64,000 nt of DNA from NCBI GenBank assembly GCA_965261005.1, contig OZ253376.1, forward strand, positions 96,001 to 160,000, read 5' to 3'. The notes under the pieces were generated by a model. It saw only the letters and a list, made by a program, of their open reading frames with translations. It was not told the origin of the DNA and did not search any database. Below are positions 20,596 through 28,715 of the stretch, piece after piece. Positions within the stretch are counted from its first letter, which is position 1; every line of letters begins with the position of its first letter. This stretch comes from Deinococcus sp. (lineage in GTDB: Bacteria > Deinococcota > Deinococci > Deinococcales > Deinococcaceae). The translations under genes and the position numbers were made by a program.

Positions 20596-22088
20596 GCGCG
20601 CTCAGCCGGCCCGGTTTGGCCCTCGGCGTGCGGGGGGTCACCCGGCGCTTCGGCGGCGTCACGGCCCTGAAGGAGGTCACCCTGGAGGTGCCGCCCGGCG
20701 CCCGTCACGCCGTCATCGGCCCCAACGGCGCGGGCAAGAGCACCCTTTTCCGGGTGGTCAGCGGCGAGTACCCGCCCAGCGAGGGCGCGGTCAGCCTGGA
20801 CGGCCGCGACGTGAACGGCTTGCCGCCCAACCGGGTGGCGGCGCTGGGCGTGGCGCGCTCGTTTCAGACCAGCAGCCTGTTCACGGAGGACACGCTGCGC
20901 GAAAACGTGCTGCTGGCCGTGATGGCGCACACCCGCGCCCGCCGCGACGTGTGGCGGCCCCTCTCGGCGCACCGGGACGCGGCCAGGTTGGCCGACGCCG
21001 CGCTGGAGCGCATGGGCCTGCTGGACCAAGCGCACGTCCGCGCCGCCGCCCTTTCGCACGGGGAAAAGCGGCAGCTCGAACTGGCAATGGTGCTGGCCCA
21101 GGAACCCCGCCTGCTGCTGCTCGACGAACCGCTGGCGGGTCTCAGCGCCTTCGAGCGCGAGCGCGTGATGAGCTTGATCCAAAACTTGCCGCGCAACCTC
21201 ACCACCGTGCTGATCGAACACGACCTGCCGTTCTGCCTGGCCTTTGCCGACCGGGTGACGGTGCTGAGCAACGGCGAGCGGCTCGCCAGCGGGACGCCCG
21301 ACGAGATTCGCGCGAATGAGGCGGTGCAGGCGGTCTACGTCGGCTCGGCGCTGGAACGGCAGGGGCGCGAGGTCGCGGGGGAGGCGCTGGCCCGGCCGCC
21401 CGTGCTGACCGTGGACCACCTCAAGGCCGGCTACGGCGGCGCGACCGCCCTGGAGGACGTCTCACTGGTCGTGCGCCCCGGCGAGGTCGTGGCGGTGCTG
21501 GGCCGCAACGGCATGGGCAAGACCACGCTGCTCACGACCCTGATGGGCTGGCGCAAGCTGACCGGCGGCAGCGTCACCTTGCAGGGGCAGGACGTGACCG
21601 GTTTGCCGCCCGCCAAGCTGTCGGCGCGCGGCCTCGCCCTCGTTCCGCAGGGGCGCCGCGTGCTGGCCGAGCTGACCGTGGACGAGGAGCTGCGCCTGTC
21701 GGCCCGGCCCGGCAAGTGGACCCTGACGCGGGTCTACGAAACCTTCCCGCGCCTGCTGGAAAGAAAAAACAGCCTCAGCACCACCCTCTCGGGCGGCGAG
21801 CAGCAGATGGTCGCCATCGGGCGCGCCCTGCTGCAAAACCCCCGCGTGATGCTGCTCGACGAACCCACCGAGGGCCTGTCCCCGCTGCTGGTGACAGTCG
21901 TGCGCGACGTGCTGCTGGCCCTGCGGGAAAGCGGCGAGACCATCCTGCTCGCCGAGCAGAACCTCGACCTGGCGCTGGCAGTGGCCGACCGCGTGTACGT
22001 GCTGGATCACGGCGCCGTCGCCTTTGATGGCGACGCCGCGCACCTGGCGGAGAACCGGCCCCTGGTGCGGGAGCTGATGGGGGTGTGA
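20592..22088 (+). CDS. Fused LivG-LivF double ABC ATPase
   Basis: Two Walker A motifs (GPNGAGKS, GRNGMGKT) and two signatures (LSHGE, LSGGE); GTGA overlap start. Confidence 0.92.
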   Translation: MSALSRPGLALGVRGVTRRFGGVTALKEVTLEVPPGARHAVIGPNGAGKSTLFRVVSGEYPPSEGAVSLDGRDVNGLPPNRVAALGVARSFQTSSLFTEDTLRENVLLAVMAHTRARRDVWRPLSAHRDAARLADAALERMGLLDQAHVRAAALSHGEKRQLELAMVLAQEPRLLLLDEPLAGLSAFERERVMSLIQNLPRNLTTVLIEHDLPFCLAFADRVTVLSNGERLASGTPDEIRANEAVQAVYVGSALERQGREVAGEALARPPVLTVDHLKAGYGGATALEDVSLVVRPGEVVAVLGRNGMGKTTLLTTLMGWRKLTGGSVTLQGQDVTGLPPAKLSARGLALVPQGRRVLAELTVDEELRLSARPGKWTLTRVYETFPRLLERKNSLSTTLSGGEQQMVAIGRALLQNPRVMLLDEPTEGLSPLLVTVVRDVLLALRESGETILLAEQNLDLALAVADRVYVLDHGAVAFDGDAAHLAENRPLVRELMGV

Positions 22089-22147
22089 GGGCGGAGGATT
22101 GCCGCGTCCAACAACTTGCCACACGCCATTGCGCTCACAGGAGATAT

Positions 22148-23764
22148 ATGAAAAAGACCAGAACAACAGGCGTCCGTTGGTATTCGTGCAGCGTCCTGCT
22201 TCTTGGTGCGCTCAGCCTCAGCGCCTGTACGCAGACGACGGCCACCACCCCGGTGGACGGGGCCGTGACCGAGAACGTCCTTTCGGCGGGCGGCGCGCTG
22301 CTGGGCAATCCCCGCGACGCCAGCGGCGTGCTGAGTTTCAAGGGCATTCCCTACGCCGCGCCGCCCGTGGGCGACCTGCGCTGAAAAGCGCCCCAGCCCG
22401 CCGCGAGGTGGAGCGGCGTCAGGGCGGCGCAAAACTACGGCAACAAATGCTGGGAATTCTCGCCCAACGTCAGCCTGGACGCCCCAAACGGCCACAGCGA
22501 GGACTGCTTGTTTCTGAACGTCTGGACCGGGGCCGAAACGGTGAGCGAGAAACGGCCCGTGATGGTGTGGATTCACGGCGGCGGCTTGCAGTTTGGCACG
22601 TCCGGCGATCCCCGCTGGGAGGGAGCCAAGCTGGCCCAGAAGGGCGTCGTGGTGGTCTCGCTCAACTACCGGCTGGGCATCTTCGGCTTCTTTTCCCACC
22701 CCGAACTCAACGCCGACTCAGGCGGAAAGTCGTCGGGCAACTATGGCCTGCGCGACCAACTGGCCGCCCTGGGTTGGGTCAAGGCCAACATCGCGGCCTT
22801 TGGCGGTGATCCGAACAACATCACGGTCTTCGGCGAGTCGGCGGGCGCCCACGCCATCGGCCTGCTCACCACCGCGCCCCAAGCCGCAGGCCATTTCGAC
22901 AAGGTGATCGCCGAGAGCGGCGCTTTCTTTGAGAGCGAGTTCGGGCCGGTGCCTTCCCGCGCCGAAGCCGAGCAGCAGGGGGTGAAGTTCGCCGCCAGGC
23001 TGGGGGCCGCCGGCCTCGCGGAACTGCGGGCGGTTCCTGAGCGGACGCTCGCCCAAGCGGCGGCCAGCACCCCTGGGGCGCCGTTCAGCGCCAGCATTGA
23101 CGGCGACCTGCTGCCAGGCGATCCCTACGTGCGCTACCTGCAAGGCCAGCAGATCGACGTGCCGACCCTTTCCGGCCAGAACCTGCTGGAAGGGGTTATC
23201 TTCGCGCCGCGCGCTTTGCCCAGCGCTACCCCGCAAGCTTTCATTGACGCGGCGACCCGGGTGTTTGGCGCGGCCAACATCGGCACCTTTCTGAAGTACT
23301 ATCCGGCCAGCACCGCCGAGGAAGCCAAAACGTCCTCGGTTCGGCTGATCGGCGACCTGATCATCGGCAATCAGACTTGGGCCTGGCAGGTGGCTCAGAA
23401 AAGAACCGGCAAGTCGCCGGTGTACGGCTACTTCTTTAACCAGTCCTCGGCCTATACCCCCGCGCCGATTCACGTCTCGGAAGTGCCTTACGTCTTCCAG
23501 AATCTGCTGCCCAAAACCAACCTCCCGGCCCCCAGCGACCAGGACGCGGCGCTGTCCAACATTATCGCGACCTACTGGACCAACTTCGCCAAGACGGGCA
23601 ACCCCAACGGCGCCGGCCTCCCGAGTTGGCCGGAATACAGCGGCGCGGGCGGTCAGGTGATGGCCCTGGGCACGACCGTCGCGCCCATCACCGAACCGTA
23701 TACCGAGCGCTTCACCTTCCTCAACAGCTTCAGAACCGATGGCGTGCTGAAGATCCACTTTTAG
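22148..23764 (+). pseudogene. Type-B carboxylesterase lipoprotein with an in-frame TGA at 22382-22384
   Basis: Lipobox LSAC; FKGIPYAAPPVGDLR*KAP (normally LRW), SEDCLFLNVW and FGESAG all in one frame. Confidence 0.9.
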
Positions 23765-23795
23765 CTCGCTCACCGGAGCAACCACGCAAAATCCG

Positions 23796-23832
23796 CCGGA
23801 AAGGTTATCAATTTCGTTGACAACCTTTCCGG
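23796..23832 (-). terminator. 16-bp-stem hairpin, probable terminator of the peptide transcript
   Basis: CCGGAAAGGTTATCAA-N5-TTGACAACCTTTCCGG; the single mismatch is a G.U pair on the minus strand only; followed by CGGATTTT. Confidence 0.75.
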
Positions 23833-23840
23833 AATTCGCT

Positions 23841-23987
23841 TTACATTACGCCGGCGTCGCCCGCAGCCCTGGACACGACCAGCAAGGGCCGGGTCTCATA
23901 GCCGCTCGGCCGCTCCTGAAGCGCCCATTCTCGCTCTGGGCGCGGCGGAGGTAGCGGACGCCGTTCCCGCTCCTCGCGCGTGGTCAC
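23841..23987 (-). CDS. 48-aa ORF ending in a third GDAGVM repeat
   Basis: GTG overlaps the upstream TGA (GTGA); ends ...SRAAGDAGVM*. Confidence 0.45.
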   Translation of the reverse strand: MTTREERERRPLPPPRPEREWALQERPSGYETRPLLVVSRAAGDAGVM

Positions 23988-24154
23988 ATCACGCCCGCGT
24001 CGCCGGGGCCGCGTCCCTGGGTGGTGACGCCGGACTTGCCCACACTCATCACACCCGCGTCGCCGGCGCCACGGCCGGCCAGGGCGCTCGACGCGGCGCC
24101 GACGAAAAGGCTCAAAACCAAGGCCAACACTTTCGCGTACCGTTTGCTTTGCAT
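23984..24154 (-). CDS. 56-aa secreted pro-peptide with two GRGxGDAGVM repeats
   Basis: MQSKRYAKVLALVLSLFVGAASSALA-GRGAGDAGVM-SVGKSGVTTQ-GRGPGDAGVM*; Sec signal with ALA site; leaderless -10. Confidence 0.8.
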   Translation of the reverse strand: MQSKRYAKVLALVLSLFVGAASSALAGRGAGDAGVMSVGKSGVTTQGRGPGDAGVM

Positions 24155-24160
24155 GTGGTA

Positions 24161-24166
24161 AGAGTA
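24161..24166 (-). promoter_or_regulatory. -10 box of a leaderless promoter for the peptide gene
   Basis: TACTCT-taccac-ATG on the minus strand. Confidence 0.65.
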
Positions 24167-24200
24167 AAGGCATGAACTGCGAACGGGTGTTGGGAGCGCC

Positions 24201-26081
24201 GTGAGTGAGCTTTGCGCCGCCTTTGAGGCGGGTCGGTACACAGACGTCATCATGACCTTGCAAGGCCGCCCACCGCAGGAGATACATGAGTTTACGCTGC
24301 TTGGCTTGGCCCTGCTGCGCACCGGGCGCTTTTCCGAGGCCGAGACGCCCCTCACCCAGGCGGCCGTGCTGGGCGACCCCGAGGCCCAGGTGGAGTTGGG
24401 CAACCTGCTGCGCCTGATGGGCCGCTTCGGGGAGGCGACCGCGCACTTGGAGACTATCAGCGAGAACCTGACAGGAGAATTACAGCTGCGCTGTCTGCGT
24501 TGGTGGGGCGTGGCCGAGTTTCAGGGCGGCCAGACGGAGGCGGGCCTGAAGCGCTGCGAGCGCGCTTGGTACGGCTATATGGCCCTGGGAGACGCCGAGC
24601 TGACCGCGCGGGTCACCCAGTCGCTGGCCTGGCTGCACGACCAAAGCGGCAACTCTGCGCGCGCCAAGCAGCTGTACGCCGAGGCCATTCGCGCCCTGCC
24701 GACGCACCCGGTCCCGCTGCCGCGCCTCGCGGCGCTGACCAACCTGCTGGACTTGCATTTGCAAAGCGGCGACATTGTGGCCGCGCGCGAGACGCTCCTA
24801 GAAGCCGAGCAAACGCTGGGTACTTTCAACGCGCCCCGTCAGAGGGCGCTGCTGCTCGGCTCTAAGGCAGAGTTGCTCCGTCTGACCGGTGACTTCGAGG
24901 GGTACGCCGCGACGCTGGACACCCTCACTTCCCAAGCGGACGAATTGGGCGACCACCTTTTGCGGGTATGGGTCACGTCGCGGCGCGCGGAGCACTTCAG
25001 CTTGTACGGCCAGCACGGGACGGCGCTGGCGGAACTGCACGGCTACGGCAGCGCGACCACTTGGCCGGCCGAGTTGTGGGCCACCAGCGGCGTGCTGGCG
25101 CGGCGGCGCGGCGACCTTTCGGCGGCGCTGACGGACCTCGATTGGGCCGTGCGCGACTTTCGCGGGGCCGGGCGCGTGCCCGAGCTGATTCGCGCCCAAC
25201 TGCACTTCGCGGCGGCGGCCCACGCGGCGGGGCACGAGGCGACCGCCGCCCGGGCGCTCAAGGAGGCGCTGAGCCAGATGCTCAGCTCGCGCCAGCAGGC
25301 CGCCTTTCGCCCCGACTTGGAGGAATTGCGCGAGCTGCTGCACTACGCCCTCTTGGAGCCGGACCTGGCCCCCTACTTGGAGCCGGTCCTGGACGGGCTG
25401 GCCGCGCTCGCCGGCGCGCCGCGCCTACCCGAGGACGGCGCCATGCACTTGCAACTGAGCACCCTCGGCCGCGCGCGGGTGCTGAGGGACGGCGCGCCCG
25501 TCGCCTTCGAGTTGCGCGGCGCGGCGCTGCTGCTGGTCTACCTGGCGCTGCACCCCGGGCGCACCCGCGCCGAGATTCAGCTGGAACTGTATCCCGAAAA
25601 AGACGGCACGGCCGGCGCCAACTACATCCGGGCGGCCATTCACGAACTGCGCCAAAAGCTGGGACCGGAGGTCATCGCCTTCGAGGGACCGCACAACGCG
25701 CCCCTCTACCGGCTTGGCCGCCTCGTTGAGGTGGACCTCGACTTGACGCACCTGCACGACGCCCTCGACCGGGGGGAGCTGGCGCGGGCGCTGGCCCTTT
25801 ACCGCGGCCCCTTTTTGCCGGGGCTGGAGGACTCGGAGTGGGCGCGTCACAAGCGCGAGGAGGCGCAGTTGGCGCTGACCTTCGAGCTGCGCGGCCAGAT
25901 GGCGCGCTTTGAGGCTGAGGGCGACTTGCGGCGGGTGGTGCTGCTGGCCAACCAACTGCTGCGCGCCGACCCCCACGACCGCGAGGTGCTGGAGGCGCGC
26001 GTGGAGGCGGCCCGCGCGGTGGCCGCACCCTCTGAACTGGCCCGCTACGTCGCCGAGCTGCGCAGGTACGACCACAACTGA
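24201..26081 (+). CDS. TPR-repeat regulator with C-terminal winged HTH and BTAD domain
   Basis: N-terminal helical TPR-like repeats; LSTLG...V.RDG, LLVYLALHP.RTR.EI..LYP, ALALYRGPFL and DP..RE SARP-type motifs. Confidence 0.88.
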   Translation: MSELCAAFEAGRYTDVIMTLQGRPPQEIHEFTLLGLALLRTGRFSEAETPLTQAAVLGDPEAQVELGNLLRLMGRFGEATAHLETISENLTGELQLRCLRWWGVAEFQGGQTEAGLKRCERAWYGYMALGDAELTARVTQSLAWLHDQSGNSARAKQLYAEAIRALPTHPVPLPRLAALTNLLDLHLQSGDIVAARETLLEAEQTLGTFNAPRQRALLLGSKAELLRLTGDFEGYAATLDTLTSQADELGDHLLRVWVTSRRAEHFSLYGQHGTALAELHGYGSATTWPAELWATSGVLARRRGDLSAALTDLDWAVRDFRGAGRVPELIRAQLHFAAAAHAAGHEATAARALKEALSQMLSSRQQAAFRPDLEELRELLHYALLEPDLAPYLEPVLDGLAALAGAPRLPEDGAMHLQLSTLGRARVLRDGAPVAFELRGAALLLVYLALHPGRTRAEIQLELYPEKDGTAGANYIRAAIHELRQKLGPEVIAFEGPHNAPLYRLGRLVEVDLDLTHLHDALDRGELARALALYRGPFLPGLEDSEWARHKREEAQLALTFELRGQMARFEAEGDLRRVVLLANQLLRADPHDREVLEARVEAARAVAAPSELARYVAELRRYDHN

Positions 26082-26101
26082 GCCGGCCCCAGCCACAAGA
26101 A

Positions 26102-26128
26102 GGGCGCTCACCCCAGGGGTGAGCGCCC
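26102..26128. terminator. Perfect GC hairpin after the regulator
   Basis: GGGCGCTCACCCC-A-GGGGTGAGCGCCC. Confidence 0.8.
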
Positions 26129-26294
26129 ATTTCATGTAAGAAAGCTGTGAGAAAACCAAAGGCAATTTAAGTATTGTTGAAGGGGAGGACGTCCAAGGCG
26201 ACCGGTCCTCGCCGCCCCACACCGCCAGGCAGAACGCTTTCAAAGTTAACCGCCGCCCCATCTCCTGCAAGCCTCCTGATAAGAAGGAACGCCC

Positions 26295-27407
26295 ATGAAA
26301 CATCTCCTGCTCGCGGCGGCGCTGCTCGCCGGCGCCGCCACCGCCGCACCCCTCAAGCTGGGCATCGCGCTGCCGCGCACCGGCGACCTCAGCCCCGTCG
26401 GGCTGGAGGAGCTGACCGCCGTGGTGGTCGCGCTCAACTACTTCAACGCCACCAGCCCCACCAAGCTGGAGCCGGTGTACGTGGACGTAAGTTCGGACCC
26501 GGCCGACGCCGCCGCGCAGCTGATCCGCTTGGCGCGCCAAAACGTGATCGGCATCGTGGGGCCGACCAGCGACGACCAAGCCAACGCCGCCGCCAAAATC
26601 GCGGAAAAGTTCGGCGTGCCGCTGCTGGCCTTGGCGACCTCGGGCAAGGCGACCCAGGCGGCCTCGTTCGCCGGACGCATCTCCAGTTCACCCGCGCTGG
26701 TGCTGGGCGCGGCGGCGCGGGCCGCCCTAAAGGCGGCGCCAGGCAAGCTGCTGATCAGCGCGCCGGGCGCGGACGACGCCGGGGCGCTCGCCCTTTTGGG
26801 GGTGCTCGACAAAAATACGGCCGCCGTGCTGACGCGCGCCAACAACGTGGAGGCCAGCGCGCGTCAGGTGGTGGCGGCCAAACCCAGCGTGGTCGCCGTG
26901 ACCGGGCCGCTCGTCGAGGCCGCCCCCTTTGTCAAAGCCCTGCGGCGCGCCGGCTACAACGGCGTTCTGGTGGGCGGCCTTCAGTTCAACAGCCCAGCCG
27001 TGTTCGCCGCCTGCGGCTTCAGCTGCGCCGGCATGTTCGTGGGCACCCAGTACAAGCCCGACGGGAGCAACGTCGCCGCCAGCGTGTTCGCGCAGTATTA
27101 CCAAGGCCAATTCCGCACGGCGCCCAGCCAGCGCGCCGCCCAGGCGTTCACCGCCGTGCAGGCTTTTTTCACCGCCGTCGGGCGCAGCGAGGCGTCGCTG
27201 GGCAAGCCGCTCAGCGGCCTCAAGCTCGACCTCGCGCGCCAACTGATCAACGCCACCTTGCAGGGGGAGGGACAGCCCTTTGACAGCCCGCTGGGGCGGG
27301 TCAGCTTCAACGTCCGGGGCGACCTGATTCAAAAGAGCGCCTACGCCACGCGGGTCAAGATGACCGACGCCAGCCACGGCGTCTTCACGTACACCGGGGG
27401 AAACTGA
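26295..27407 (+). CDS. Type-1 periplasmic binding protein (LivK-like, divergent)
   Basis: Signal peptide, LKLGIALPRTG, GIVGP.S, SPLGRVSFN..GD. Confidence 0.85.
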   Translation: MKHLLLAAALLAGAATAAPLKLGIALPRTGDLSPVGLEELTAVVVALNYFNATSPTKLEPVYVDVSSDPADAAAQLIRLARQNVIGIVGPTSDDQANAAAKIAEKFGVPLLALATSGKATQAASFAGRISSSPALVLGAAARAALKAAPGKLLISAPGADDAGALALLGVLDKNTAAVLTRANNVEASARQVVAAKPSVVAVTGPLVEAAPFVKALRRAGYNGVLVGGLQFNSPAVFAACGFSCAGMFVGTQYKPDGSNVAASVFAQYYQGQFRTAPSQRAAQAFTAVQAFFTAVGRSEASLGKPLSGLKLDLARQLINATLQGEGQPFDSPLGRVSFNVRGDLIQKSAYATRVKMTDASHGVFTYTGGN

Positions 27408-27409
27408 CC

Positions 27410-28558
27410 GTGCGGAACTGGATCGTCCTGGGCCTGCTGAGCCTGCTTTCCGGCGCCGCCGCCGCGACCTACAAGGTGGGCGTGATCACCTCCATGTCGG
27501 GCAAGTACGCCCAGTTCGGCGCGCAGCAGGCGGCCGGCTACGCGGTCGCCCTCGCCGAACTCAACCGCAAGGGCGGCAACACCTTTGAGATGGTGCTGCG
27601 CGACGACGGCAGCGACGCGGCCAAGGCCGTCTTCGTGGCACAGGAGTTGGCCGACCAAGGCGTGCCACTGATTCTGGGCACCTACGCCAGCGGGGTCACC
27701 AAGGCCGTGGCCGCTTGGGCGGGGAGGGCGCAGGTGCCCTTGGTGGTGGTCACCTCGACTGACGACGCCATCACCAAGCCCGGCAACCCGTGGGTGTTCC
27801 GAATCAACCAACCCTCGGCCGCCTTCGCCGGTGTGGTGCTCGACGTACTGGGCGGCAACGGCGTCAAGACCTTCGCCATGATCAGCGCCAACCAAGTCTT
27901 CGAGCAGGCGGTCCACGACCAGGCCCTCTACCTGGCGCCGGCCAAAAAGCTCGGGGTGGTGGGCGACGAGGTCTACCAGCCGGGCGAGACCGACTTCCGA
28001 CCGGCCCTCACGCGCCTCAAGGCCAAAAACCCCGACGCCCTCTTTTTGATCAGCGCGGGCGACGCGCCCGCCCTGATCAAGCAGGCGCGCGAAATCGGCC
28101 TCAGGCCAAAGTTCTTCGTGGGCGGCGGCGGCGGCTTCGCGCTGGGAAGTTTTCTGGACGGCGCGGCGGGGGCGGCCGAGAACGTCCTGACCGCGACCGC
28201 CTGGACTCCCACCCTGCGCTATCCCGGCACGCAAAAGCTTTACGTCAACTTGCAGGCGGCGCTCTCGACCGGCGTCACCAAGGGCGAGCCGGCCTACCAG
28301 GCCGCCCAAGCCTACGCCGGCATGCTGGTGGCCGGGGACGCCCTCACGCGCGCCGGCGGCGCCGACCGCGCCAAGGTGCGCGCCTCCCTCGACAAGACCG
28401 ACCTCAGCACCGCCTACGGCCCGGTGAAGTTCGAGAACTACAACGGCTACACCAACCAAAACGCTCTCAGCATGATTGTCGCGCAGGTGCGGGACGGCAA
28501 GTTTCGAACGGTCTGGCCAACCACCGTCAACCACCAAAAGATCAATCCGGAGCGTTGA
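27410..28558 (+). CDS. Type-1 periplasmic binding protein (LivK-like)
   Basis: KVGVITSMSG, RDDGSD, NPWVFRIN, TDFRPALTRLK. Confidence 0.9.
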   Translation: MRNWIVLGLLSLLSGAAAATYKVGVITSMSGKYAQFGAQQAAGYAVALAELNRKGGNTFEMVLRDDGSDAAKAVFVAQELADQGVPLILGTYASGVTKAVAAWAGRAQVPLVVVTSTDDAITKPGNPWVFRINQPSAAFAGVVLDVLGGNGVKTFAMISANQVFEQAVHDQALYLAPAKKLGVVGDEVYQPGETDFRPALTRLKAKNPDALFLISAGDAPALIKQAREIGLRPKFFVGGGGGFALGSFLDGAAGAAENVLTATAWTPTLRYPGTQKLYVNLQAALSTGVTKGEPAYQAAQAYAGMLVAGDALTRAGGADRAKVRASLDKTDLSTAYGPVKFENYNGYTNQNALSMIVAQVRDGKFRTVWPTTVNHQKINPER

Positions 28559-28715
28559 TGACCGCCGAAACACCCTCGCGCAACATGGTCAGGAAGCCGG
28601 CCGGGCAGCGCTGAACCCAAACCGAGCGTGACGGCCGAGCGTGCGTTGGCAAGACGGGCAAACGATGAATTCGGTCACCCCCCAACACCTTCCCCGACTG
28701 AAATCAAGGAGCGCC

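Noticed and set aside
22382..22384. Selenocysteine or genetic-code reassignment
   Set aside because: The position corresponds to a conserved Trp, and TGA is the normal stop for many genes here.
23984..24154. Multi-core RiPP precursor
   Set aside because: No modifying enzymes or dedicated exporter are adjacent. A Sec signal plus a TPR regulator fits an unmodified signal peptide better, though this is not formally excluded.
23841..24446. 201-aa and 139-aa minus-strand ORFs as listed in the track
   Set aside because: Their 5' parts overlap the regulator gene; only the short internal ORFs starting at 24154 and 23987 are supported.
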